Origin: Hyphomicrobiales bacterium
Lineage (GTDB): Bacteria; Pseudomonadota; Alphaproteobacteria; Rhizobiales; TMED25
Assembly (NCBI GenBank): GCA_038131735.1
Contig: JAYPPX010000001.1
Location: 960,594-1,024,593, forward strand
Direction of reading: 5' to 3'
DNA length: 64,000 bases
Position 1 is the stretch's first letter; every line of letters starts with the position of its first letter. Positions 1-9,579 of the stretch are shown piece after piece. The position numbers and the translations under genes are program-made. Under the pieces are notes generated by a model. The model made no database searches and had not been told where the DNA came from. It was given only the letters and a program-made list of their open reading frames with translations.

Positions 1-50
1 ATCTCTTATTCTAAAGACTTATAATGCATCTTTATCTAAAAGAAAATAAA

Positions 51-608
51 TTAAGTATTATCCGCTCCTCTTTTTAGCGCAGCAACACCAGTTCTTGAAA
101 CCTCTGTTAAACCCACGCTTGACATTAGATTAATGAAGCGATCGATTTCACGAGTTCTCCCTGTTATTTGAAAAATAAAGCTGTCCAAGCTTGCGTCTAC
201 CGTTTGTGCATCAAATGCTTCCGCAAGGCGTAATGCCTCAAGTCTTTTATTGCCTGTTCCTTTAACTTTTATAAGAGCGAGTTCTCTCTCTAAAGCTCCG
301 TATTGGCCGTATTGAGCTGTCAAATCACTAACTCGATGAACAGGAACTAATCTATCAACTTGAACCTTAATTTTTTCTATAACACTTGGTGAACCTGATG
401 TAACAAGTGTTATACGAGACAATTGGTTTTTACTTTCTGTTTCTGAAACCGTAAGTGAGTCAATATTAAAACCGCGCGCCGCAAATAGTCCGATGACCCT
501 TGCAAGAACACCTGGTTCATCATCAACGATTATTGATAATGTATGCCTTTCTTCATTTTCACTTACTTTGACAATATCATAAGTGGAGGCAGGATTTTTT
601 TCATTCAT
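51..608 (-). CDS. ilvH: acetolactate synthase (AHAS) small regulatory subunit
   Basis: 185-aa ORF. N-terminal ACT-domain pattern HTLSIIVDDEPGVLARVIGLFAARGFNIDSLTV. Lies 20 nt downstream of the large subunit gene. Confidence 0.9.
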   Translation of the reverse strand: MNEKNPASTYDIVKVSENEERHTLSIIVDDEPGVLARVIGLFAARGFNIDSLTVSETESKNQLSRITLVTSGSPSVIEKIKVQVDRLVPVHRVSDLTAQYGQYGALERELALIKVKGTGNKRLEALRLAEAFDAQTVDASLDSFIFQITGRTREIDRFINLMSSVGLTEVSRTGVAALKRGADNT

Positions 609-628
609 AATTCACACTCTTATTTAGT

Positions 629-2392
629 TTATACCATTATTTTTCCGGCATCATCGATAGCATTTGATACTTGTTCATCTGTGACATTTTCCCCAAGCAA
701 CATATCATTATGAGCTTTACCAGATGGTATCATTGGAAAACAATTTTCAAGATTTGCAACCTGACAATCCATAATTACTGGACCTGGTGTCTCTATCATT
801 TTTATGATTGCCTCATCTAGGTCTTGTGGTTTTTTTACATGAATACCAACAGCACCATAAGCTTCGGCAAGCTTTACAAAATCAGGAAGAGAGTCGGAAT
901 AACTTTCTGAAATTCTATTTCCATGAAGTAATTGCTGCCATTGTCTTACCATGCCCATATAGCTGTTATTTAAAATAAAAATTTTAGTATTCAGCTTATA
1001 TTGAACTGCTGTAGATAACTCTTGAATATTCATCAATATTGATGCATCACCAGCAATATCTATAACTAAGGAATCTGGATGAGCGACTTGTACTCCATTT
1101 GCCGCGGGGAAACCATAACCCATTGTTCCAAGACCACCAGATGTTAGCCATCTATTAGGCTCATCAAATTTATAAAATTGAGCTGCCCACATTTGGTGCT
1201 GTCCTACTTCTGTTGTTATGTAGGTATCTCTATCCTTTGTTAGCTCATATAATCTTTCAATTGCATATTGAGGCATAATAATATCAGAGTTTGCTTTATA
1301 TTTTAGGCAATTAACTTTCTTCCATAGATCAATTTGAGCCCACCACTTATCATAAGTTGGGAAATTTTCAATCTTACGGTCTTTTATAATTTTTAAAGCC
1401 TCGTTTAGAAATTTTTCACAATCTGTGAGAATTGCAAGATCTACATCAACATTCTTATTTATTGAGGTTGCATCAATATCAATATGTACTTTCTTAGAAT
1501 TTGGTGAAAATTCATCTATCTTACCAGTAATCCTATCGTCAAACCTTGCACCCAAGCAAATCATTAAGTCACAGTCATGCATAGCCATATTTGCTTCATA
1601 CGTCCCATGCATTCCCAGCATACCTAGCCAATTTTTTCCTGATCCTGGATATGCGCCCAATCCCATAAGTGTTGATGTTATTGGGACATTGGTTGTTTTA
1701 ACAAATTTACTTAATAATTTTGAAGCATTTGGTCCTGAATTGATTACACCACCACCAGTATATAGGATTGGTCTTTTTGACCTTTGAATCAACTCTATAA
1801 CCTTACCGACTGCTTTGTGATCTACGGTGGTAGGTGGCGTATAAGTTTTATGAGTAATTTTTGATAAATTTTCGTAATCACCTTCGGCAAACTGTATATC
1901 TTTTGGAATATCAATCAACACTGGACCTGGTCTACCAGATCTTGCAACATAGAATGCTTCATGCATAATCCTTGGAAGATCTTTAATATCTTTAACCAGC
2001 CAATTATGCTTTGTACATGCCCTGGTTATACCTACTGTATCCGCTTCCTGAAAGGCATCAGTTCCTATTAGATGCGTTGGCACTTGTCCACTAATACAAA
2101 CTATTGGAATTGAGTCTAATAGAGCATCTGTTAGCCCAGTCACAGCATTTGTGGCCCCAGGACCCGATGTTACTATTAAAACTCCAACTTTTCCAGTTGA
2201 ACGGGCATAACCCTCTGCAGCATGAGCAGCTCCTTGTTCATGCCTTACAAGAATATGCTTTACATCTTCCTGCTGAAATATTGCATCATAGATTGGTAAA
2301 ACGGCACCACCCGGATAACCAAAAACAGCATCAACACCTTGATCTGCAAGTGCTTGAATTACTATTTCTGCTCCACTAATATTTTTTCCCAT
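629..2392 (-). CDS. ilvI: acetolactate synthase large (catalytic) subunit, ThDP-dependent
   Basis: ThDP-enzyme architecture with the GGLGTMGYGFPAANG...GDASILMNIQEL ThDP-binding motif. The ORF track starts at a TTG (2407); the ATG at 2392 (MGKNISGAEIV) is more plausible. Confidence 0.92.
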   Translation of the reverse strand: MGKNISGAEIVIQALADQGVDAVFGYPGGAVLPIYDAIFQQEDVKHILVRHEQGAAHAAEGYARSTGKVGVLIVTSGPGATNAVTGLTDALLDSIPIVCISGQVPTHLIGTDAFQEADTVGITRACTKHNWLVKDIKDLPRIMHEAFYVARSGRPGPVLIDIPKDIQFAEGDYENLSKITHKTYTPPTTVDHKAVGKVIELIQRSKRPILYTGGGVINSGPNASKLLSKFVKTTNVPITSTLMGLGAYPGSGKNWLGMLGMHGTYEANMAMHDCDLMICLGARFDDRITGKIDEFSPNSKKVHIDIDATSINKNVDVDLAILTDCEKFLNEALKIIKDRKIENFPTYDKWWAQIDLWKKVNCLKYKANSDIIMPQYAIERLYELTKDRDTYITTEVGQHQMWAAQFYKFDEPNRWLTSGGLGTMGYGFPAANGVQVAHPDSLVIDIAGDASILMNIQELSTAVQYKLNTKIFILNNSYMGMVRQWQQLLHGNRISESYSDSLPDFVKLAEAYGAVGIHVKKPQDLDEAIIKMIETPGPVIMDCQVANLENCFPMIPSGKAHNDMLLGENVTDEQVSNAIDDAGKIMV

Positions 2393-2443
2393 TGTACAAA
2401 AACCCAATTATATATTTTACTCATCTTCGAATAAACATTACTT

Positions 2444-2470
2444 AAAAAATAAAAAAGGGGCGTTTGCCCC
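2444..2470 (-). terminator. attenuator-type intrinsic terminator upstream of ilvI
   Basis: The minus strand reads GGGGC-AAAC-GCCCC followed by TTTTTTATTTTTT. It lies between the candidate leader ORF and the ilvI start. Confidence 0.6.
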
Positions 2471-2505
2471 TATCAAAGTATCACCATCAAGAGTCCGGAG
2501 TGAAC

Positions 2506-2553
2506 TCAGGTGATACACACGACGACCAGCAGTTTATTATTTAAGTAAAACAT
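2506..2553 (-). CDS. candidate ilv leader peptide MFYLNNKLLVVVCIT (15 aa)
   Basis: GGAG is followed 5 nt later by ATG. The codons CTG CTG GTC GTC GTG TGT ATC give a Leu/Val/Ile run. The stop overlaps an 8-bp inverted repeat (2509-2516 / 2478-2485) upstream of the terminator. Confidence 0.55.
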   Translation of the reverse strand: MFYLNNKLLVVVCIT

Positions 2554-2620
2554 TATTTCTCCAAATTAAACATAATTAATATATTACAAAAAAAAAATTA
2601 ATCAATTTTTTTGTTGCAGC

Positions 2621-3517
2621 TTAAAAAAAATATTTAGGTTCATCAATCCACTCCCAATCCATCATTTTTTTTCTAGCCCAAGTCAATTGTCTTTTTACAT
2701 ATCTTTTTGTATTTGTGATAATTCTATCATTAAGTATCTCAAGAGAAATATCATCTTCTAAGTAAGCAATGGTATCTTTGACACCTATTGCTTTCATGAC
2801 GGGGTTTGAGTCCGATATTTTTTTACTGCTCAATAACTTTATTTCTTCATAAAGTTGATCATTCCCAATAATTCTTGAAGTCCTATTTATTATATTGTCA
2901 TTTATCACATTCCTTGGTGGACATAAATATATCATCTTTGACGTAGATTTATTTATAATCGGTTTACCCGGTGACGTTTGCCAGTCTCTAATTGATTTTC
3001 CAGTGTCATCAAAAACTTCTAATGCACGTATAATTCTTGTGGTATCTGTTGAATTAATTGTGGCCGCAGACTTTGGGTCTAACTCTTTGAGTTTAAAAAA
3101 TAATGCCTCAGTGCCTTTTAGTTCTCTCATTCCCTCCCATTTTAATCTAGTTTTAGCAGTTATCTCAGGTATCTCAGAAATTTCACCAAATAAAGCTGCA
3201 AAATATAATCCTGTTCCACCTACAATTATAGGTATCTTATTTATTTTAATTAAAAAATTTATAAGAGGTTCAACATCACTAACCCATTCACCAACTGAAT
3301 ATCGAATTTTTGGATCTATATACCCGTAAAGGAAATGCGGAATAGTATCCATATCCTTATTTGATGGTCTTGCTGTAATTAACGAAATTGTGTTATATAT
3401 CTGCATAGAGTCAGCATTAATAACAACTCCTCCGACTTTTTCTGCAATATCCAGTGCTAGTTTTGATTTACCAGAAGCTGTTGGACCTGATATAAGAATT
3501 GAGTTATAATTTGGCAT
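2621..3517 (-). CDS. miaA: tRNA dimethylallyltransferase
   Basis: P-loop GPTASGKSKLA, the DSMQIY motif, and a length of 298 aa. Confidence 0.9.
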   Translation of the reverse strand: MPNYNSILISGPTASGKSKLALDIAEKVGGVVINADSMQIYNTISLITARPSNKDMDTIPHFLYGYIDPKIRYSVGEWVSDVEPLINFLIKINKIPIIVGGTGLYFAALFGEISEIPEITAKTRLKWEGMRELKGTEALFFKLKELDPKSAATINSTDTTRIIRALEVFDDTGKSIRDWQTSPGKPIINKSTSKMIYLCPPRNVINDNIINRTSRIIGNDQLYEEIKLLSSKKISDSNPVMKAIGVKDTIAYLEDDISLEILNDRIITNTKRYVKRQLTWARKKMMDWEWIDEPKYFF

Positions 3518-3546
3518 CTATCCTGTTCTCTTAACAAAAGAAAAAA

Positions 3547-4425
3547 ATGAAAAAAGTACTCACCATTGTATCTAATGAAGATAATATAATATCAAATAAT
3601 AGTTTTGAAGCAATTCAAGACTTGATGAACATAAAGACAAGAAATACATGGTTAAAAAAGGAGTTAGCGTGCGATCTTTACTTTGACGATACAACAGCAA
3701 TAATAGATGAAAATCTATTCAAATATCTTGATCAAAAACAATTCGATTGGGCAATTCAGGAAGATTTAAATAGAAATAAAAAACTTTTTCTATCTGATAT
3801 GGATTCAACAATTATTAAACAGGAGTGCATCGATGAACTAGCTCATTACGCTGATGTTCGCGATGAGGTTAGTTTAATTACAGAAAAATCAATGAAAGGT
3901 GAAATAAATTTCACAGAAGCTTTCATAGAAAGAGTTGCTCTATTAGAGGGAATGAATATTAATGCATTAGATGAAGTTTACTTAAATATTGAGCTAAACG
4001 ATGGAGCCGATTTGCTTTTAAAAAATCTTTCAAAGCAGAATATTTATACAGTTCTTGTATCAGGTGGTTTTACATACTTTACAGATAAATTATCAGAAAA
4101 ACTTGGGTTTAAAGAAAACTATGCAAATAGGCTTGAAATTCTGAACAAAAAAATGACTGGAAAGGTTATACCACCAATTATAGATGGCATTGCAAAAAAA
4201 AATATCTTAGATCAAATTACTAAAAAGATGCAACTAAACAGGCATGATGTGGTTTCGGTTGGCGATGGCGCAAATGATGTTGAAATGATTAGTAATTCAG
4301 CATTAGGTGTATCATACCGTGGAAAGCATATATTAAGAAACAAAGCCAATGCACAGATTAATCATACAAATCTGACCAGTATATTATACTTTATCGGCCT
4401 CAGGGAGGCCGATATTATATATTAG
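3547..4425 (+). CDS. serB: phosphoserine phosphatase (HAD family)
   Basis: HAD motifs DMDSTII, VSGGF and GDGANDV, with an N-terminal regulatory extension. Confidence 0.85.
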   Translation: MKKVLTIVSNEDNIISNNSFEAIQDLMNIKTRNTWLKKELACDLYFDDTTAIIDENLFKYLDQKQFDWAIQEDLNRNKKLFLSDMDSTIIKQECIDELAHYADVRDEVSLITEKSMKGEINFTEAFIERVALLEGMNINALDEVYLNIELNDGADLLLKNLSKQNIYTVLVSGGFTYFTDKLSEKLGFKENYANRLEILNKKMTGKVIPPIIDGIAKKNILDQITKKMQLNRHDVVSVGDGANDVEMISNSALGVSYRGKHILRNKANAQINHTNLTSILYFIGLREADIIY

Positions 4426-5858
4426 TCATTAGTAACTTTTATAGGGAAAACTCTGATCATATTTTGACCTCGTACCGCTTTTATAAGCATCAGATCCCTA
4501 TTGGCTCTACGATATTTTTCTATAATTCTGACAAATTGATCAACACTATATAAGTCTTGCTCATTTATAACATTTATAAGATCCCCTTCACGAAGACCAC
4601 GTTTAAAAGCATCTGATTGTTCATCAATGACTGTTACAACAAGCCCTTTTTGTTTATTGTTCAAATCATACTTTTCTGATAAATCATCTGATAGGGTGCT
4701 TAGAGAGAATCCAAGATCTAAGCTGGTTGAGTTGTCTGTATCCATATCTGGTTCATCTTCAATTGATGCAACAAGGTTAGCTTCATTGAGCCTATCAATG
4801 ACGACATATTTTGTTACTGACTTATTATTTCTCCAAACTTCAACTTTTACCTTTTTACCAATTTTTGTTTCAGCAACAATTCTAGGTAATTCTCTCATTG
4901 TATTAATAGGTTGATTATCAAAATTTAGAATTACATCACCGGATTTAATGCCTGCAGGTTTGGCTGGACCACTGTCATCTACCGCTACAACTAGTGCACC
5001 CATTGTTTCGTTTAGTCCTAGGCTTTCTGCGATATCATCTGATACCTCTTGAATCCTAACCCCTAACCATCCGCGTCTTGTTTCACCATATTCAATAAGT
5101 TGATCGATAACAGAGATTGCTGTTTTTGAAGGTATTGCAAATCCTATTCCAACTGACCCTCCTGTGGTTGATATTATTGCAGAGTTTATACCGACAACTT
5201 CTCCATCAGCATTAAATAATGGACCACCACTATTACCCCTGTTAATCGCTGCATCTGTTTGGATAAAGTTATCGTATGGGCCAGATCTTATATCTCTATT
5301 TTTTGCTGATACGATACCTGCTGTTACAGTTCCTCCTAATCCAAAAGGGTTACCTATAGCCATAACCCATTCACCTACTTTCAAATTGTCTGAGTCACCA
5401 AATTCTAAAGCCAATAAATCTTGTTCTGGTTCTGGATTAATTTTGAGCACAGCAAGGTCTGTTTTAGTATCTTTTCCTAAGAGCTCTGCTGATAATACAA
5501 TTCCATTTGAAAATATAACATCTATTTCATCCGCATCTAAAATTACATGTGCATTTGTTAGGATAATTCCTTCTTCATCAATAACGAAGCCTGAGCCCAG
5601 TGAACTTGGTACTTGCTGTTGTTGAGAGTTCTTGTTTTTTTCATACCAATCCTTAAATACATCTGGGATTTCATTTGGATCTAATCCCTGAAACATTTCA
5701 TTGTTTTCAATTTTTTGTGTTGTTGAAATATTTACAACTGAATCAGCATACTTACTAGCTATCTCCGAGAAGTCTGGATAAGCTTTAACATCGACTGGCA
5801 ATATTAATAAAAAAGTGAGTATTAGTATGTAAAGAAATGAGTTATTTTTTTTATACAT
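4422..5858 (-). CDS. degP: periplasmic serine endoprotease DegP/HtrA family
   Basis: Signal peptide, trypsin-like core with TNAHV and GNSGGPL, and two PDZ-like C-terminal regions. Confidence 0.9.
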   Translation of the reverse strand: MYKKNNSFLYILILTFLLILPVDVKAYPDFSEIASKYADSVVNISTTQKIENNEMFQGLDPNEIPDVFKDWYEKNKNSQQQQVPSSLGSGFVIDEEGIILTNAHVILDADEIDVIFSNGIVLSAELLGKDTKTDLAVLKINPEPEQDLLALEFGDSDNLKVGEWVMAIGNPFGLGGTVTAGIVSAKNRDIRSGPYDNFIQTDAAINRGNSGGPLFNADGEVVGINSAIISTTGGSVGIGFAIPSKTAISVIDQLIEYGETRRGWLGVRIQEVSDDIAESLGLNETMGALVVAVDDSGPAKPAGIKSGDVILNFDNQPINTMRELPRIVAETKIGKKVKVEVWRNNKSVTKYVVIDRLNEANLVASIEDEPDMDTDNSTSLDLGFSLSTLSDDLSEKYDLNNKQKGLVVTVIDEQSDAFKRGLREGDLINVINEQDLYSVDQFVRIIEKYRRANRDLMLIKAVRGQNMIRVFPIKVTND

Positions 5859-5927
5859 GACAGAATTAATCCTTTCAGATAAATTTTTATAGCTAACAAA
5901 TATTAAAAGATTTTGTCAAAATTATGT

Positions 5928-6107
5928 TCACACTATCCAAATTAATAAAACACCAATAGATACCATTATCAAACCGATTATTCTGAGATTATTAGTGTCC
6001 ATAGACATTACTGAAGATAACATTTTCTTAGTTTGTTCAGGGAATAATGCGTACATTGCTCCTTCAAACAATAAGAAAATGGCAAGTGCCAGAATGAATA
6101 CATCCAT
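5928..6107 (-). CDS. small membrane protein, DUF2065/YjeT-like (59 aa)
   Basis: Not in the ORF track because it is under 60 aa. The ATG overlaps the hflC stop (TAATG). Translation: MDVFILALAIFLLFEGAMYALFPEQTKKMLSSVMSMDTNNLRIIGLIMVSIGVLLIWIV. It occupies the same position as yjeT after hflKC in E. coli. Confidence 0.6.
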   Translation of the reverse strand: MDVFILALAIFLLFEGAMYALFPEQTKKMLSSVMSMDTNNLRIIGLIMVSIGVLLIWIV

Positions 6108-6985
6108 TATTTATTTGAACCAAGAGGATCTTTAAAATAATTAAAGAAGTCTGTATCAGGTGATATAACTAACCTTGTATCTCCAGATTTGAGACTTTCT
6201 TCATAAGCAACCATTGATCTATAAAATTTAAAAAACTCTGGATCTTGACCATAAGATTCAGCATAAATTTTATTTCTTCCTGCATCGCCTTCACCACGTT
6301 TGATTTCAGATACTTTATTTGCTTCTGCTATTATTATCTTCGCCTCTTTATCAGATCTTGATGTGATAATCTTAGCTTGTTCTTGACCTCTTGCCCTTAT
6401 ATCATTTGCCTCTTTTGTTCTAGCTGTTTGCATACGCATATAAACGGCTTGACTGTTTGCCTCTGGCAAATCAGCACGTCTGATACGCACATCAACTATT
6501 GACATTCCCAGAGCAGCTGCTTCATTATTCACCTGTTCAGTTATCCTTTTCATGAGCTCAGGACGCTTATCTCTCACAATTTCTTCAAATGTTGATTCAC
6601 CAAGTACTCTACGAACAGCAGAATTTAGAATCTGGGAGAGTCTTGCATTGGCTCTAGCTGATGTCTGTACAGATTGATAATATTTTAATGCATCAGTAAT
6701 TTTGTATCTAGAATATGCGTCAACGACTAATCTTTTTTGATCAGAAGCGATTACCTCTTGTGATTCAGAGTCCAAGTCTAAAATTCTCTTATCTATATAT
6801 ACTGCATCATCTGCAATTGGCATTTTGAAGTGCAAACCTGGCTCGGTTACGATTCTAATTGCTTCACCAAACCTGAGTATTAGTGCCTGCTGAGTTTGAT
6901 GGACTGTAAATGCAGCACTAAGAAATACAAAAGCAGAAGCGATGACTAAAATTATAAGTCCCGTTAGTCCAATTTTCTTAATCAT
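6107..6985 (-). CDS. hflC: FtsH protease modulator HflC (SPFH/band-7)
   Basis: Single N-terminal TM segment plus SPFH domain. Translationally coupled to hflK (4-nt overlap). Confidence 0.9.
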   Translation of the reverse strand: MIKKIGLTGLIILVIASAFVFLSAAFTVHQTQQALILRFGEAIRIVTEPGLHFKMPIADDAVYIDKRILDLDSESQEVIASDQKRLVVDAYSRYKITDALKYYQSVQTSARANARLSQILNSAVRRVLGESTFEEIVRDKRPELMKRITEQVNNEAAALGMSIVDVRIRRADLPEANSQAVYMRMQTARTKEANDIRARGQEQAKIITSRSDKEAKIIIAEANKVSEIKRGEGDAGRNKIYAESYGQDPEFFKFYRSMVAYEESLKSGDTRLVISPDTDFFNYFKDPLGSNK

Positions 6986-8082
6986 TGATTTGCCTCATTA
7001 TTTTGTTTCTTTTGCAATTGATCTAAAGGTAAATATGGAACAACATTTGAACTTTCACCACTTTGATCAATAATTATCTTGTCCATTCCACCATAAACTC
7101 TCTCGATTGTTTCTAAATACATACGTCCCCTTGTGACTTCGGGAGCTTTCTTATATTCTTCATATATTGAGTTAAATCTTGAAGCTTGACCTTCTGCATC
7201 GGCAATAACTGAATTTTTGTAAGCTTCTGCGGCTTCTATTAACTGAGCAGCTTCCCCTCTTGCAGCCGGAATAATTCTATTTGAATATGCTTCAGCTTCA
7301 TTTCTCAATCTCTCCTGATCAGCTCGTGCAGCTTGAACATCTCTGAATGCATCAATAACTGCAGCAGGTGGATCAACCTTTTGAAGTTGAACACGTCTTA
7401 TCAAGATACCTGCGCCATACTCGTCAAGTGTTTTTTGCATCAAGTCTCGAACTGCTGCCTCATTTCTTTCTCTTCCTTGTGTGAGTATCTGTTCAAGATC
7501 TGCCCCACCTACTATTTCTCTCATAGCGCTTTCTGCTACTGCCTTAACAGTAGACTCTTGATTTTCGATGTTGAACAAAAAATCAGCTGCATCATTAATT
7601 ACCCATTGAACTGAGAAGTCCACATCAACAATATTTTCATCACCTGTTAGCATAAGACTTTCTTCAGGCACATCTCTGCCAACTGCTCCACGGCCGATTG
7701 ATGCTTGACTCGAAGTTCTTATTCCAACTTCTACTTGATTTTCTCTAGTAACTTTTGGTTTAACAACAGTTTCAATTGGGAAAGGCAGATGATAATGAAG
7801 ACCATCTGGTGTTGAACGAATATATTCACCAAAACGAAGCACGATACCTTGCTCATCTGGCTGAACTCTGTATACACCTGTGGCACCCCATATTGCCAAG
7901 GCAATTAGTACGATTAGGGCCCAGTTCTTTTTGCTTACTTTGCCGTTTGGTGATTTTGGGGAAAATCTTCCAAAGCTATTTTTTAGATTAGTGATTAATT
8001 TATCTAAATCATTGTTATCAAAATTACCACCGCTCGGTCCTTTACCCCATGGACCATTATTATTGTTGTTGTCCCAAGACAT
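6982..8082 (-). CDS. hflK: FtsH protease modulator HflK (SPFH/band-7)
   Basis: Asn/Gly-rich N-terminus (GPWGKGPSGG), TM segment and SPFH domain, in an hflK-hflC pair. Confidence 0.9.
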   Translation of the reverse strand: MSWDNNNNNGPWGKGPSGGNFDNNDLDKLITNLKNSFGRFSPKSPNGKVSKKNWALIVLIALAIWGATGVYRVQPDEQGIVLRFGEYIRSTPDGLHYHLPFPIETVVKPKVTRENQVEVGIRTSSQASIGRGAVGRDVPEESLMLTGDENIVDVDFSVQWVINDAADFLFNIENQESTVKAVAESAMREIVGGADLEQILTQGRERNEAAVRDLMQKTLDEYGAGILIRRVQLQKVDPPAAVIDAFRDVQAARADQERLRNEAEAYSNRIIPAARGEAAQLIEAAEAYKNSVIADAEGQASRFNSIYEEYKKAPEVTRGRMYLETIERVYGGMDKIIIDQSGESSNVVPYLPLDQLQKKQNNEANQ

Positions 8083-8186
8083 TAATATATACCCTCATAA
8101 ATTAGTATAAGTCACACTATTATAAGATAGTAACGCTGTAAATTAATTTAAAGTCTTTCAACAAAAATAGATCTAAATAAATATTT

Positions 8187-8693
8187 CTATTTTTTTTTAT
8201 ATGTAACAAATGAAAATGGAATATTGTCATCTTCAGAATCATGTAAATCTCTGCTAACCTCTATCCAATCATTATTGCTCAGTTCTTCAAAGAAAACATC
8301 GCCTGCATATTCTGCATGAATCTCAGTAATATAAATCTTATTAACAAATTTCATCGATTGCTTAAAAATTTGAGCTCCACCAATAATAAATATTTCTTCT
8401 TGTTCAGTATCCTGCGTCTTGAAAAAATTTTTTGCTTCTGAAATTGCAGCCTCTAAATTATTTACTACCACACACTCCTCGATTGATAGATCAGTGTTTT
8501 TTGTAATGATTATATTCAATCTTCCTGGTAATGGTTTACCGATTGAATCGAATGTCTTTCTTCCCATGATAATAGGTTTACCAATAGTTATTGCTTTAAA
8601 GTACTTGAGATCATCAGGGATATGCCAAGGTAATTGACCATCAATGCCAATAACTCTATTTGAGGAATGTGCAACAATTAACGAAATTAACAT
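8187..8693 (-). CDS. folA: dihydrofolate reductase
   Basis: 168 aa. DHFR pattern ISLIVA..NRVIG..GQLPW, GRKTFDSIG and IIGGAQIF. Confidence 0.9.
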   Translation of the reverse strand: MLISLIVAHSSNRVIGIDGQLPWHIPDDLKYFKAITIGKPIIMGRKTFDSIGKPLPGRLNIIITKNTDLSIEECVVVNNLEAAISEAKNFFKTQDTEQEEIFIIGGAQIFKQSMKFVNKIYITEIHAEYAGDVFFEELSNNDWIEVSRDLHDSEDDNIPFSFVTYKKK

Positions 8694-9487
8694 TATACAG
8701 CAACTTTTGCTTTTATGTGAGGATGTGACTCATAATCAATTATTTTAATATCTTCATATTGGAAATCAAATAAGTTATTTACACTATTATTTAGTTCTAT
8801 CTTTGGTAAATTCATCGGTTTTCTTTGGAGTTGCATTTTAACTTGCTCAATATGGTTTGTGTATATATGGGCATCACCAAAAGTATGAACAAAATCACCA
8901 ACCTTTAAATTGGATACATGTGCGATCATGTGAGTTAAAAGTGCATAGGACGCAATGTTAAATGGTACACCCAGGAATACATCCGCTGACCTCTGGTATA
9001 AGTGGCAACTCAGCTTATTGTTTGATACATAGAACTGAAATAAACAATGACAAGGTGGAAGTGCCATATTTTCTACATCGCTAACATTCCATGCAGATAT
9101 AATATGACGCCTTGAGTCCGGATTTTTTCTAATGTTTACCAATAAATTTGAAATTTGATCAATAGTCTCATTGTTAGGTGTTGACCATGAACGCCATTGT
9201 TTACCGTATACAGGCCCTAAATCTCCATCATTGTCTGCCCATTCGTTCCAGATCGATACACCATTATCATTTAAGTATCTGATATTAGTATCTCCAGATA
9301 AAAACCATAGTAATTCATAGACTATTGACCTGATATGTAGTTTTTTCGTTGTTATCAATGGGAATCCTTTTGATAAATCAAAACGCATTTGGTAACCAAA
9401 TATGGATAACGTGCCAGTGCCTGTTCTGTCGTTTTTACTCTCGCCGTTTTGTAAAATGTGGTCTAAAAGTTCCAGATATTCATTCAT
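8693..9487 (-). CDS. thyA: thymidylate synthase (ThyA type)
   Basis: 264 aa. Motifs [19 protein letters not shown] and [19 protein letters not shown]. Confidence 0.95.
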   Translation of the reverse strand: MNEYLELLDHILQNGESKNDRTGTGTLSIFGYQMRFDLSKGFPLITTKKLHIRSIVYELLWFLSGDTNIRYLNDNGVSIWNEWADNDGDLGPVYGKQWRSWSTPNNETIDQISNLLVNIRKNPDSRRHIISAWNVSDVENMALPPCHCLFQFYVSNNKLSCHLYQRSADVFLGVPFNIASYALLTHMIAHVSNLKVGDFVHTFGDAHIYTNHIEQVKMQLQRKPMNLPKIELNNSVNNLFDFQYEDIKIIDYESHPHIKAKVAV

Positions 9488-9579
9488 AGGTAAATTATGA
9501 CTGATTCATTGATGTATATGAAGTGAGAATTAAATTTATTATAAACTTTCTTTAGACATAAATTAGCATTATTATAGTA

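Noticed and set aside
1425-2379. Plus-strand ORFs 1425-1787 and 2104-2379 inside ilvI. The same kind of antisense ORF occurs within miaA (2895-3329), degP (4627-4914, 5164-5625), hflK (7333-8110), fumC (11326-11964), recN, lpxC, ftsZ, murC, ftsW, murD, murF, ftsI, metH (47238-47459, 49037-49456, 49895-50155), rpoD, dnaG and others.
   Set aside because: All lie antisense to, or out of frame within, long ORFs with unmistakable conserved motifs. Their translations are low-complexity and have no recognisable domains. They are shadow ORFs.
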